Shown one piece after another: positions 7,601 through 17,292 of a stretch of 40,263 nucleotides of DNA. The DNA lies in the IMG/VR virus record IMGVR_UViG_3300045988_028614, positions 1-40,263 of that record; one strand, written 5' to 3'. Origin of the DNA: a virus. The notes beneath the pieces were generated by a model, which was given only the letters and a program-made list of their open reading frames with translations, was not told the DNA's origin and ran no database searches. Both the position numbers and the translations under genes were made by a program. Positions within the stretch are counted from its first letter, which is position 1. Each line of letters starts with the position of its first letter.

Positions 7601-9040
7601 GATAACGGGGTTAAAGGAGCGGAAGGTGGAACTGCATTAAGAAATATCATACTTTCTTTAGGTTCTCCGACTGATAAAGCGGCTAAACTTATGAAAAAAT
7701 TAGGTTTAGAAGTTTATGACGCAAGTGGTAATATGAGGGGTACAAATGAAATATTTAAAGATTTAAATAAAATACTTGGGACTATGACAGAACAAGAAAG
7801 AACTAAAGTTCTAAGCGAATTATTTAACAAAGTTGATTTAAAGAGTGCTAACGCTTTACTTGCCAATAGTGGAGAGAGATTTGATGAATTAAGCAAACAT
7901 ATAGCAAACTCACAAGGTTCAGCTGAGGAAATGGCTAAAACTATGAGTGGAAACTTAAAAGGGGCTATGGATAATTTTAAATCAGCACTAGAAGGTTTAG
8001 GTATAGCAGCTTACGAAAAGTTTTCAGAACCACTAACTAATGCAGTTAAATTTGTTACAGATGGTATTAGTTGGCTTGTACAAGCTTTACAAAGCGGAAA
8101 CTTAGATGGAATATTAAATAATATAGGATTAGCGTTAAGCGTTATAGTAGGTTATTTAGCGGCTATAAAGGGCTATGCTATTGTAAGTGGTATAATTGCA
8201 TTTGTAAAACCTTTATTTACTGCCTTAACTATGGTAAAGAGTTTTAGTGGTGCTATGGCAATATTAAATGCGGTTTTTATGGCAAACCCAATAGGGATAG
8301 TTATAGGGCTTCTTGGTGCTTTAGTAGGTGCTTTTGTATATGCATGGAATACCTCTGAAACATTTAGAAATGTGGTTGTTGGAACTTGGGAAGCGGTTAA
8401 AGAAGCTTTTTCAACTGTTATAAATTGGATTAAAAACGCTTTTACAGTTGATTGGTCTAATGCTTTTGGATTTATAGGAGATATATTAAATTCACATCTA
8501 GCGAATGTTAAAAATATATTTAATTCTGTAAAACAAATTTTTAATGGGATTATAGAATTTGTAAAAGGTGTATTTACCGCTAACTGGTCAAGGGCTTGGC
8601 AAGGAGTTGTAAATATATTCGGAGGAATAATGAACGGATTAGGTGCAGTAATAAAAGCTCCTTTAAATGCAGTTATAGGACTTGTTAATAGTGCTATAAG
8701 CGGATTAAATAAAATAAGTGTAACAATACCAGACTTTGTCCCTGTCGTTGGAGGTAAACACTTCGGAGTAAATCTTCCTAAAGTACCATACTTATATAAT
8801 GGTGGTATAGTAACACAACCGACATTTATGGGAGGATATGTTGCAGGAGATAGTTACAAAGGTAGAGGAAACCAAGCGGAAGCGGTTATACCGTTAGATA
8901 AATTAGAAAACTGGATTAAAAGTTTAGCTAATAGACCAGTAGAATTTTATATTGACGGTAAAGAAATGATGAGAACCTTAGCACCACATCAGAGCGAGTT
9001 TGATGAATATTCTCGTATGACTTCTTTGGCGTTTAGATAA
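7601..9040 (+). CDS. Tail tape measure protein, exon 2
   Basis: Continues the TMP motif DNGVKGAEGGTALRNIILSL. It has hydrophobic G/A/I/V-rich central segments and a repetitive W/F-containing region typical of tape measure proteins. Confidence 0.8.
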   Translation, partial: DNGVKGAEGGTALRNIILSLGSPTDKAAKLMKKLGLEVYDASGNMRGTNEIFKDLNKILGTMTEQERTKVLSELFNKVDLKSANALLANSGERFDELSKHIANSQGSAEEMAKTMSGNLKGAMDNFKSALEGLGIAAYEKFSEPLTNAVKFVTDGISWLVQALQSGNLDGILNNIGLALSVIVGYLAAIKGYAIVSGIIAFVKPLFTALTMVKSFSGAMAILNAVFMANPIGIVIGLLGALVGAFVYAWNTSETFRNVVVGTWEAVKEAFSTVINWIKNAFTVDWSNAFGFIGDILNSHLANVKNIFNSVKQIFNGIIEFVKGVFTANWSRAWQGVVNIFGGIMNGLGAVIKAPLNAVIGLVNSAISGLNKISVTIPDFVPVVGGKHFGVNLPKVPYLYNGGIVTQPTFMGGYVAGDSYKGRGNQAEAVIPLDKLENWIKSLANRPVEFYIDGKEMMRTLAPHQSEFDEYSRMTSLAFR

Positions 9041-9066
9041 GAGAGGGAAATTCCTCTCTTTTTTAT
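9039..9066 (+). terminator. Rho-independent terminator after the tape measure gene
   Basis: Stem aagagagg (9039-9046) / cctctctt (9053-9060) plus a T-run. Almost the same hairpin recurs at 37932-37950. Confidence 0.7.
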
Positions 9067-9094
9067 TGATTTTAAATGTAATTTATGTTACAAT
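9066..9094 (+). promoter_or_regulatory. Promoter of the moron at 9118
   Basis: TTGATT (9066-9071), 17-nt spacer, TGtTACAAT (9086-9094). Confidence 0.5.
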
Positions 9095-9117
9095 ATAAAT
9101 GTAAGGAGGTTAGGAAA

Positions 9118-9846
9118 ATGAGAAAATTAGAAAAGTTCAATATTAGAGTTATAGAAGATAAGGGAGAATTGTGGTATAGTGCCAAAGATTTAGGGTGTGA
9201 AATAGGTTTAACAAACATAAGATGTAACATCAACAATCAACTAGGAGAGGAAGATAGAAGGTTATTCAATTCGAAAAAAGATGTTTCTTTAAGTAATAGA
9301 GGTGAAAATTTTATAAGTAAAAACGGGGTGAAAATACTAATTTCTAAATGTGAGAAAAGTGTTTCAAAAGAATTGATAGAGTACTTCGAAATAGAACAAT
9401 TTAAACCACAGATTGTTAGATTTGAAAATGTTTTTGAACAAGAATTACAATTTGCTATGGAAAATTTAAAAGGTGAATATTTTAACGACTTGATTTTTAA
9501 CCCAAATACACATAGCAATTACAATGATATTTTTTGTTTTAAGAGCCAATACTCTATAGGAAAATATAGATTAGACTTCTTTTTTGAAGAAACAGGTTTA
9601 ATAATTGAATATGATGAAGAACATCACTCTAAAACAAGAGAAAAAGAAAAAGACAAAGCGAGAGAAAGAGAGGTAAAAGCTTTGTTAGAAAGAAAGTTTG
9701 ATAACACTATAGAGAATATGGAGCAAGCTTATGAAATTGTAGATAATGGAGAATCTTTTTATAAATTTATAAGAATTAAAAAAGGTGAGGAAAAGACGGG
9801 GGTGTATAGAATTATAAGTTACCTTTTACGAGCAATAATTTATTAA
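9118..9846 (+). CDS. BRO-N-like DNA-binding domain fused to a DUF559/Vsr-like (PD-(D/E)XK-type) endonuclease-like domain
   Basis: ATG at 9118 has RBS aaggaggt, whereas the track start 9085 lies inside the promoter. N-terminus FNIRVIEDKGELWYSAKDLGCEIGLTNI. C-terminus YRLDFFFEETGLIIEYDEEHH...REREV resembles DUF559-type nuclease cores. Confidence 0.5.
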   Translation: MRKLEKFNIRVIEDKGELWYSAKDLGCEIGLTNIRCNINNQLGEEDRRLFNSKKDVSLSNRGENFISKNGVKILISKCEKSVSKELIEYFEIEQFKPQIVRFENVFEQELQFAMENLKGEYFNDLIFNPNTHSNYNDIFCFKSQYSIGKYRLDFFFEETGLIIEYDEEHHSKTREKEKDKAREREVKALLERKFDNTIENMEQAYEIVDNGESFYKFIRIKKGEEKTGVYRIISYLLRAIIY

Positions 9847-9913
9847 ATATAACATAAAAAGAAGTTTTTTAAAAAAATATAAGTGCTATTCTGCAAAAAA
9901 AGGAGAGGTTAAA

Positions 9914-10582
9914 ATGGAAAATAAAACGATAATATTTGAAAATGAAATGTTTGGAAATGTAAGAGGGGTTATAAAGGAAGGAAAGCCATATTTTGTCGGA
10001 AAAGATATTGCGGAAGTTTTAGGATATTCAAATGCTAGTAAAGCAGTTATTGACCATTGCAAAGGTGGAGTAAAGGAAATGATAGCACATTCCCAAAATG
10101 GGAAGATGGTCAAAACACAAACAACACTAATTCCAGAAGGTGACTTATTCAGATTAATAATTAAATCGAAATTACCTAAAGCACAGGAATTTGAATCGTG
10201 GGTAATGGACAAAGTTTTACCTTCAATGAGAGAATATGGTTACTATCTTGTTCAAGAACAAGAAAAACAAAGGTGGTTTGTAACTAGAAAAGAAACTAAA
10301 GAGGTCAGAAAACAAGAAACTGATATGATAAAAACATTAGTTGAATACGCTAGAGAACAAGGTTCAGAACATCCTGAAAAATATTATATAAGCTATACTA
10401 ATTTAGCGAATAAAACTCTAGGTATAAAAGCTAATGAAAGAGATAAACTTAATCAATCAGACTTATTAAAATTGAAATCCTTCGAAACTCTTATAACTAT
10501 TAAAATAGAACAAGGGATAAAAGAGGGGTTACACTATAAAGAAATCTATAAGAAAGTTAAAAACTTTATGGAAATGATTTAA
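9914..10582 (+). CDS. BRO-N domain antirepressor-like protein (paralogue 1)
   Basis: FENEMFGNVRGVIKEGKPYFVGKDIAEVLGYSNASKAVIDHCKG...IPEGDLFRLIIKSKLPKAQEFESWVMDKVLPSMREYGYY is a clear BRO-N signature. The C-terminal half differs from that of paralogue 20163..20840. Confidence 0.8.
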   Translation: MENKTIIFENEMFGNVRGVIKEGKPYFVGKDIAEVLGYSNASKAVIDHCKGGVKEMIAHSQNGKMVKTQTTLIPEGDLFRLIIKSKLPKAQEFESWVMDKVLPSMREYGYYLVQEQEKQRWFVTRKETKEVRKQETDMIKTLVEYAREQGSEHPEKYYISYTNLANKTLGIKANERDKLNQSDLLKLKSFETLITIKIEQGIKEGLHYKEIYKKVKNFMEMI

Positions 10583-10586
10583 AATT

Positions 10587-10610
10587 AAGCACTCGAAAGG
10601 GTGCTTTTTT
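10587..10610 (+). terminator. Rho-independent terminator (GAAA tetraloop)
   Basis: aagcactc-gaaa-gggtgctttttt, nearly identical to the terminator at 20846-20870 after the second BRO-N gene. Confidence 0.7.
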
Positions 10611-10613
10611 CTA

Positions 10614-10622
10614 TGTTATAAT
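10614..10622 (+). promoter_or_regulatory. Extended -10 element restarting tail-gene transcription
   Basis: TGtTATAAT directly after the terminator and 18 nt before the Dit start codon. No good -35 is present. Confidence 0.35.
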
Positions 10623-10639
10623 ATAAAAGAGGTGATGAA

Positions 10640-11335
10640 ATGATACAATTTTATTTTAATAATAAAGCAAGTTATGATGATTTTGAACTCTTAACAATGA
10701 ATAATTTAGAAATGGGAAGAGTTGAGGAAATAGAAGAAGAACAAGAAGTTGAAGGAAATCCATTCGGAACTCTTATAGTTAAAACTGGGAGTTATAAAGA
10801 TTTAAAACATACTATACCAGTTAGAGTTAAGAGAGAAGGGTGGGAGGTTAAAAGAAGAATAATAGAGAATTGGCTATCCAATATTGAAGATAATAGATTG
10901 ATACTTTCTGATAATGACAGCATTTGCTCTAAAGTTAAAAAGGTAAGCATAAGCAATTATAGTAGAAATGGGAATGTTGCCATAGAGTTTGAAATTACTT
11001 TTCTATGCGAACCTTTCTACTTTGATACAAGCGATATAGTTCAAGAATGGAACATTAACACTCCTTTGATATGTGATTCTGATATTGATACTTTGCCAAT
11101 TATAGAATTAAACTCACGCGGTGCAACACAAATCACTATAAATGATGAAACTTTAAGTTTTACACATACTGGAGATGTGATTATAGATAGTATGAGAAAT
11201 ATTTTTAATAAAGAAAATATGCAAGTAATAACGAGTACAGGGGATTTACCTATTATAAAAAGAGGTAAAAATACTCTTAGTGGTAGTGGTTTTACTACTC
11301 TTAAAATAAATACTAGAAATAGATATAGGGGGTAA
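10640..11335 (+). CDS. Distal tail protein (Dit, siphovirus tail family)
   Basis: 231 aa, first conserved structural gene after the tape measure gene. The N-terminus MIQFYFNNKASYDDFELL is typical of Sipho_tail proteins. Confidence 0.7.
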   Translation: MIQFYFNNKASYDDFELLTMNNLEMGRVEEIEEEQEVEGNPFGTLIVKTGSYKDLKHTIPVRVKREGWEVKRRIIENWLSNIEDNRLILSDNDSICSKVKKVSISNYSRNGNVAIEFEITFLCEPFYFDTSDIVQEWNINTPLICDSDIDTLPIIELNSRGATQITINDETLSFTHTGDVIIDSMRNIFNKENMQVITSTGDLPIIKRGKNTLSGSGFTTLKINTRNRYRG

Positions 11336-11337
11336 TT

Positions 11338-13935
11338 ATGGGAAGTAGATTACATTCAAGAACTGCAACAAGGTCAGAAGTTATTTCTACTAACGGAATT
11401 GCTTTTTTAGATGAAATTCTTATAAATGCGACTATAACACAAACAGAAGATGATTTTTATGCTGAAATAGTTTTAGCGGTTAAAAAAGATGAAAGCTTAA
11501 AATACATTTATGACAACTTAATAGAAGAAGCTATTATTACACTAGAAGATGAATACGGGGACGAGTTCTTTAGAATAAGCAATATAAGGAAAGATAAAAG
11601 AACCATTACTATATTCGCAAGACAAATTACAATAGCCGACCAGTTAACATTATTTTTAAAGGATTGTAGACCGGAAAATATGAATGGTCAAGCAACTTTA
11701 AGTAAGCTTTTGAATGATGCTACAGGACGTAACAAGGAGTTTTTCTTAACTTCTGATATATCTGACACGAGTACCGCTTATTATCAAAATATGAGTCTTT
11801 ATAACGCTTTGTTTGGTGCTGATAATGCTTTTATAGTCAGATGGGGCGGAGAAGTCTACAGAAGGCAATATAACTGTAAAATTAATACTAGAGTGGGGCA
11901 AGATAAAGGTGTTCAGATTAAATCAAGAAAGAATTTAACAGGGTTTGAGATTAAATCGAATATTGACGACCTTTGCACTAGGATAGTTCCTCGTGGTTTT
12001 GATGGTATAGAAGCTCCTGTTGTAGAAAGTGAATTAATTAATAATTATAGTAGTGTTTATACTAAAGTTATGGAATTTTCAGATATAAAGGTTAAAAATG
12101 AAAATAATCCCGACGAAGGTTTTGACACTTTAGAACAAGCTCAACAGGCTTTACAAGAAAGAGCTAGAACTCAATTTACTTTATTTAATATAGATAAATT
12201 ACAAGCAACTTATAATATAAATTTCATAGAATTATCTAAAACAGAACAATATAAAGATTATAGTCAAACCGAATCTGTTGAGATAGGTGATACAGTAGAG
12301 GTTATAGAAGATACTTACGGAACTAAAATAAAAGCTAGATGTATCAAGAGGGTTTATTCTGTAACTATGAAGAAAAGATTAAGCACAGAATTATCTAATG
12401 TTAAAAAAGAAAGTAGACCTATTTCAGTTAATGATATAATCGCAGAATTAGAAAAGGAATTACAAACTAAGCCTAATGCAAATTTAAGCGACTATATAAA
12501 TAGTATGATTAATGCAGGATTAAAGGATTCTTATGTGGTTTTAAAGCCTAATGAATTACTTATAATGGATAATAAAGATATTAATAAAGCGGTTAACGTT
12601 ACCCGTTATAATAAGAATGGTTTAGGGTTCTCTACAACTGGTTATTACGGAAAGTATGAATATGGTTTCACTATAGACGGAAAGATAAACGCTTCATTAA
12701 TTACGTTCGGAGCTATGAGTGGACAATATATTCAAGCTGGGAGTATAACCGCTGATAAATTAAGTGTTGATGTAATACAAGAAATAACTAACGTTTTAGG
12801 TGATAAATTTGTTACCAAAACACAATTTGAAGTTTCTTTAGGACAAATAAGAGGGGAAGTAACACAAAAAATAGAAAAACTAAACAATAATATCGTTATA
12901 AATTTATTTAACAATACAATACCTAATTCTATAGAAGGTTGGAGTTCTTATAATGGAGTTGTAAGTTTAGCAACAAGTGAAACCGAATTAAAAATCCATA
13001 TAATAGATACTGGAGTGCAGGCAGATGCTATTTTAATTCAAGAGGATAATATAAATATAATGGTTGATTGCGGTTATAAAGGAACTTCGAATATTGTTAT
13101 AGAATATTTAAAACAACAAGGCGTTAAAAATATAGATTTATTTATAGCAACACACGCACACACTGACCATATAGGAGCGTTCGAAGAGGTGGCTAACAGT
13201 TTTTCTATTAAAAAAGTTATCTACAGAGAAGCAAATTGGACAATAGTAGATCAAATAGAACCGACTGGGTGGGGAACGAGTGCATCTCATAGAAAAATGC
13301 TAGAAGTTATCAAAAATAAAAATATATCTTCTCGAGAAGTCGGGAAAATAGAATTATTCAATATATCTCAAAACGGAAGATTAAGAATAATAAATACTAC
13401 TACAGAAGTTTATGACGAATACAATACTAGAAGTTTAGGTGTTATATATGAACATTATAAAAATAGATTCTTACTAGCTGGAGACATGACTATAGAAAGC
13501 GAAAAAGCCTGTTTAGGTGAATTAGGTAAAATAGATGTTTTGAAAGTTGGTCATCATGGTGCTAATGGTTCAAATTCAGAATCTTATTTAGAAGAAATTA
13601 AGCCTAAGTATGGGTTAATAACTACTGTAACTATAGATCATATAGATAGAAAAAAAGCTTTAGGTTGCTTACAATGGGAAGGTGTTAGAATGTATGATAC
13701 TGGAAGTAACGGAACATTCGTTATAACTTCTAATAAAGAAACTTATAACGTAAGCAATTTAAATAACGAATACAAATTAACTAACCAATGGTGGCATAGA
13801 AGAACTTTGGCTAACGGTTTTGAAGAGTGGGTTTATTTTAAATCAGATGGGGAAATAGCAAAAAATGAAACTGTAAATATAGGAGGCGGAAATTATGAGT
13901 TTGATGGAAATGGAATCTGTAAACAACCTTATTAA
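11338..13935 (+). CDS. Tail-associated lysin-like protein (Tal; prophage tail endopeptidase-type N-region) fused to a C-terminal metallo-beta-lactamase-fold domain and a cell-wall-binding-type repeat
   Basis: The N-terminal roughly 380 aa look like a phage minor structural protein or Tal, positioned after Dit. From about aa 552: HIIDTGVQADAILIQ...MVDCGY...FIATHAHTDHIGA (HxHxDH)...LAGDM...LKVGHHGANGSNSESYLEEIKPKYGLIT (ComEC/Pce-like MBL). The C-terminal end WVYFKSDGEIAKNETVNIGGGNYEFDGNGICK resembles a CW_binding_1 repeat. Confidence 0.7.
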   Translation: MGSRLHSRTATRSEVISTNGIAFLDEILINATITQTEDDFYAEIVLAVKKDESLKYIYDNLIEEAIITLEDEYGDEFFRISNIRKDKRTITIFARQITIADQLTLFLKDCRPENMNGQATLSKLLNDATGRNKEFFLTSDISDTSTAYYQNMSLYNALFGADNAFIVRWGGEVYRRQYNCKINTRVGQDKGVQIKSRKNLTGFEIKSNIDDLCTRIVPRGFDGIEAPVVESELINNYSSVYTKVMEFSDIKVKNENNPDEGFDTLEQAQQALQERARTQFTLFNIDKLQATYNINFIELSKTEQYKDYSQTESVEIGDTVEVIEDTYGTKIKARCIKRVYSVTMKKRLSTELSNVKKESRPISVNDIIAELEKELQTKPNANLSDYINSMINAGLKDSYVVLKPNELLIMDNKDINKAVNVTRYNKNGLGFSTTGYYGKYEYGFTIDGKINASLITFGAMSGQYIQAGSITADKLSVDVIQEITNVLGDKFVTKTQFEVSLGQIRGEVTQKIEKLNNNIVINLFNNTIPNSIEGWSSYNGVVSLATSETELKIHIIDTGVQADAILIQEDNINIMVDCGYKGTSNIVIEYLKQQGVKNIDLFIATHAHTDHIGAFEEVANSFSIKKVIYREANWTIVDQIEPTGWGTSASHRKMLEVIKNKNISSREVGKIELFNISQNGRLRIINTTTEVYDEYNTRSLGVIYEHYKNRFLLAGDMTIESEKACLGELGKIDVLKVGHHGANGSNSESYLEEIKPKYGLITTVTIDHIDRKKALGCLQWEGVRMYDTGSNGTFVITSNKETYNVSNLNNEYKLTNQWWHRRTLANGFEEWVYFKSDGEIAKNETVNIGGGNYEFDGNGICKQPY

Positions 13936-16108
13936 TAAAAACTATCTAAGGCTCTCTATGAGTGAAAATGTTACAAATGGTTATTATGCTATTGTAAGTG
14001 ATTTGGTGGAATTGAAAGAGAATTCAGATTATATACTACAATTTAAATGTATTCCTAAAAAAGAAAAGAATATAATAATAAAAATTAAAGGAAATGAAAC
14101 AATAGAACAAATTGGAGAAATAATTCTTCAAGAGAGTGTTGTTTTTGAAGAAATTAATGGAATTAAAGAATATCTATGTGTTTTGAGATTTTCAAATACA
14201 AAAAAGCAAAAGGTTGCTATGATGTTCGGAATAGAAAATAATAATGATTTTTCAGCTAACGAAACTATTTTTGATATAAGGGAAATTGCGTTACAAGAAG
14301 GCGAATTACTACTTCCTTACCAAGAAAATTCGTTTGAAAACAATAGCAAAATAACTTTGTTAAATGGTAAATTTGAATTGCTTGCTGATAAATTTGAAGC
14401 TGGTATAAGTAAAGTAGAAAAAGATATAACAGGTTTAGAAGAGAAGACGGATGCTAAGATTAAAATAGAAAGCGATAAAATAACACAAGAAGTTAAAAGT
14501 GTTGCAGAAGGAAATTTTATTGTAAATGGAGCATTTGAAACTGGAGATATTTTTGGTTGGAACGTCGGCGGTACAAGAACTATAGTAGAAGGATATAATT
14601 ATTATGGCGAAACGTTAAATTATATAAATATAGATGTACCACAAGAAGGCACTTCAACATGGAGTAATAGGTTTGAAGTGGTCGAAAACACATATATACA
14701 ATTTAGTGGGCTTTTTTTTAATGAAATAGGTAACACTACAACCATTAAGATAAAGTTTTCTAAAAGTGTTTTAAATGCAAATGATAGAGAGGAAAGTGGT
14801 AATTTTGATACTGAAAAATTACTTGAAACTTGGATTGCTGAAAGTAATGATTTTGTTGAAAAGTTTTATAGTTTAGTTGTGCCGGTTGGTTCTAAAACTG
14901 CATTTATAGAAATTGGTTATAATGGAACTGGTAAAACAGGGTGGACTAAAATCATGTCTACTAAAGGGCAAAGAAAAATTGACTATATGCCAAAAACTAC
15001 AAATTATAGCCTTGTAACTCAACAGTTAACACCTAATTCGATTATAAATAGTGTAAACAAAGGTCTTACAGAAGGTGGAGCTATAAGTGTTGCGAGTACG
15101 ATTTTAGATGAAAACGGATTTTCTCAATTAAATAATGGAAAATTATCTGTAAGATTAAATAACAATGGTGTGCATGTATATTCATTTTTAAACGAAAGCA
15201 AAATAAACGGTTCTATCATCGCATTAAGGTCTACTGCGACGGGCGATGATGTAATTGGTTTTGTAAATGAAAACAACTCTTATCTAACTATAAGTTATAG
15301 CAAAGACGCTTCAACTTACAACTCTTATATGGTTTTAGATAAATTTGGACTTCTTAATCCGATACCAATAACATATTATGAAGAACAAGATTTTTACAGT
15401 AACAAAGTTTGGTTATCAAAAAAAACAGGGAATGGAAGTAATTTTTTTGGTTGGACAGATGGGAAAGGAAGAGGTTCATCAGCGTGGTACACCAGAAGCT
15501 TTTATTTAATGGATTCAGCAAGTAATGATTCTTTATTTACAATAGATTCAGACGACGCTTATTTTGGAGCGAATTCGGTTTTATTTAAAAGAAATGTCAC
15601 TATAAACGGCGATTTAAATGTAAGTGGCAACAAAAACTGTATTCAGCATACTAAATTCGGAGATGTTCCGTTCTACGCGAATGAGGATATCAATTCATTG
15701 TTAACAGAAACAGATACTGATAACATCTATACAACAGAATTAATTGAAGGGAAATATATTTGCAGAATTGAAATAGATGAAATAATTCAAGAGTGTATCA
15801 ACACAATGTTACCTTATAACATTTATATAGATAAATTAAGTTGGGGAGATTATAAAATTGAAATTAGAGAGAAAGATTATTTTATAGTTGAATCTGATAG
15901 AGAAATGAAATTTAAATATAAATTAGAAGGAAAAAGAAAAGGGTTTGAACATGAAAATAAAGAAAATAATTTTATGCAAAAAGCTACAGTCCAAAAACCT
16001 TCTCAAGAAACTGAAACACCATCGATACAAAAAAGAGAGAAAGAAATTATCCATAAAAAGCCGATTAATGAATTCTGGGAGTTATATCGTTGCAATAATT
16101 GTAATTAA
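13895..16108 (+). CDS. Tail fibre / receptor-binding protein with carbohydrate-binding-module-like regions
   Basis: RBS aggagg 8 nt upstream. 737 aa after Tal. NFIVNGAFETGDIFGWNVGG is typical of CBM_4_9-like jelly rolls. It also has a short coiled segment and a beta-rich C-terminal region. Confidence 0.55.
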   Translation: MSLMEMESVNNLINKNYLRLSMSENVTNGYYAIVSDLVELKENSDYILQFKCIPKKEKNIIIKIKGNETIEQIGEIILQESVVFEEINGIKEYLCVLRFSNTKKQKVAMMFGIENNNDFSANETIFDIREIALQEGELLLPYQENSFENNSKITLLNGKFELLADKFEAGISKVEKDITGLEEKTDAKIKIESDKITQEVKSVAEGNFIVNGAFETGDIFGWNVGGTRTIVEGYNYYGETLNYINIDVPQEGTSTWSNRFEVVENTYIQFSGLFFNEIGNTTTIKIKFSKSVLNANDREESGNFDTEKLLETWIAESNDFVEKFYSLVVPVGSKTAFIEIGYNGTGKTGWTKIMSTKGQRKIDYMPKTTNYSLVTQQLTPNSIINSVNKGLTEGGAISVASTILDENGFSQLNNGKLSVRLNNNGVHVYSFLNESKINGSIIALRSTATGDDVIGFVNENNSYLTISYSKDASTYNSYMVLDKFGLLNPIPITYYEEQDFYSNKVWLSKKTGNGSNFFGWTDGKGRGSSAWYTRSFYLMDSASNDSLFTIDSDDAYFGANSVLFKRNVTINGDLNVSGNKNCIQHTKFGDVPFYANEDINSLLTETDTDNIYTTELIEGKYICRIEIDEIIQECINTMLPYNIYIDKLSWGDYKIEIREKDYFIVESDREMKFKYKLEGKRKGFEHENKENNFMQKATVQKPSQETETPSIQKREKEIIHKKPINEFWELYRCNNCN

Positions 16109-16141
16109 AGTGGTAAAATATAGATAAAGGAAGGTGATATT

Positions 16142-16783
16142 ATGAAAATAGCTTTAAGAGGTGGACATTCACCTAATTGCAAAGGTGCTAACGTTTTAAG
16201 AGATGAGCAATCTTGCATGTGGGCTTTAGCTGATGAAGTAGAAAAAGTTTTAACCTCTCATGGTCATACCGTTGTAAGATGTGAAACAACTTTATCAAAT
16301 GAAAGAGAAGATGTAAGACAAGGGGCTAAAAAAGGTTATAATTGCGATATGTTTATCTCTCTTCACATGAATGCAAGTGACGGTCGAGGAAATGGCACGG
16401 AAGCGTGGGTTGCTAGAGGCGCGAGAAGTTCTATAAAAGAAATTGCTTCAAGATTATGCAAAAACTATGCAACTTTAGGATTGCAAAACAGAGGTGTAAA
16501 AGAGAAGAATTACTGGGAAATGACAGATACAAATTGCCCTAATATTATTTTTGAAACTATGTTCTGTGATGATAAGCATGATATAGATATATGGGCTTCA
16601 ACCTCTTGGGATAAATTAGCGAGATTAATCGCAAATGCTATTGACCCTAACATTCCACTAGAAAAGGAACAAGACTATTATAGAGTTGCAGTTCAGAGAT
16701 TTAAAAGTAAAGAAGATGCAGAAAAAGCGAAACAAAGAATAAGCAGTGAATTAGGTTATTATTGTTTTACTGAAAAGATATAG
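16142..16783 (+). CDS. Endolysin, N-acetylmuramoyl-L-alanine amidase (Amidase_3-like) with a short C-terminal putative binding domain
   Basis: MKIALRGGHSPNCKGA...MFISLHMNASDGRGNGTEAWV matches zinc-amidase motifs, and holin genes are adjacent. Confidence 0.8.
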   Translation: MKIALRGGHSPNCKGANVLRDEQSCMWALADEVEKVLTSHGHTVVRCETTLSNEREDVRQGAKKGYNCDMFISLHMNASDGRGNGTEAWVARGARSSIKEIASRLCKNYATLGLQNRGVKEKNYWEMTDTNCPNIIFETMFCDDKHDIDIWASTSWDKLARLIANAIDPNIPLEKEQDYYRVAVQRFKSKEDAEKAKQRISSELGYYCFTEKI

Positions 16784-16794
16784 AGGTGATCTAA

Positions 16795-17022
16795 ATGTTT
16801 AATAGTATAAAAAATAAAGAATATTGGGCTAGGTTCAAAAATCCTGCCCTTTGGATTTCTCTTGTAGGTTTAATTGTTCTTTTATTAAATCAATTTGGAT
16901 ATGTAATAGATGCAGAATGGGCAGATACAACGATTAAATTAGTTTGCAGCATAGCAGTGCTACTTGGATTAATGAATAATCCCGAAACTGGAGGAATCGA
17001 CTTGCCGAAAGGTGGAAAATAA
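16795..17022 (+). CDS. Holin (phi LC3 / Phage_holin_1-like)
   Basis: 75 aa. WARFKNPALWISLVGLIVLLLNQFGY...IKLVCSIAVLLGLMNNPETGGIDL gives two TM segments and a conserved C-terminal motif. Confidence 0.75.
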   Translation: MFNSIKNKEYWARFKNPALWISLVGLIVLLLNQFGYVIDAEWADTTIKLVCSIAVLLGLMNNPETGGIDLPKGGK

Positions 17023-17283
17023 ATGGAATGTAATGATAACCAATATAGTGAACTTATGCAATTAAGAAAAGAAGTTAGGGAACACGAAAAAAGAATTGCA
17101 GAGATGGAAAAGAATCACTCCGTTCAAGAATATCAATATAAAACTATAATGGAAACTTTAACGGAAATGAAAAGAGATATAATCGATTTGAAATCAACAC
17201 CCAGTAAGCGTTGGGATTTAATAGTTGCTGGTATAATAAGTTCTATAATTGCATTTATAGCAAGTGTAACACTTAAAAAATAG
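17023..17283 (+). CDS. XhlA-like lysis-associated membrane protein
   Basis: 86 aa with an N-terminal coiled coil and a single C-terminal TM (WDLIVAGIISSIIAFIASVTL). This architecture, and the position next to the holin, match PBSX XhlA. Confidence 0.55.
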   Translation: MECNDNQYSELMQLRKEVREHEKRIAEMEKNHSVQEYQYKTIMETLTEMKRDIIDLKSTPSKRWDLIVAGIISSIIAFIASVTLKK

Positions 17284-17292
17284 GAGGTTTTT

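Noticed and set aside
15945-16127. 60-aa + strand ORF overlapping the 3' end of the tail fibre gene
   Set aside because: It lies almost entirely inside the 13895..16108 frame, has no RBS, and is a lysine-rich out-of-frame translation.
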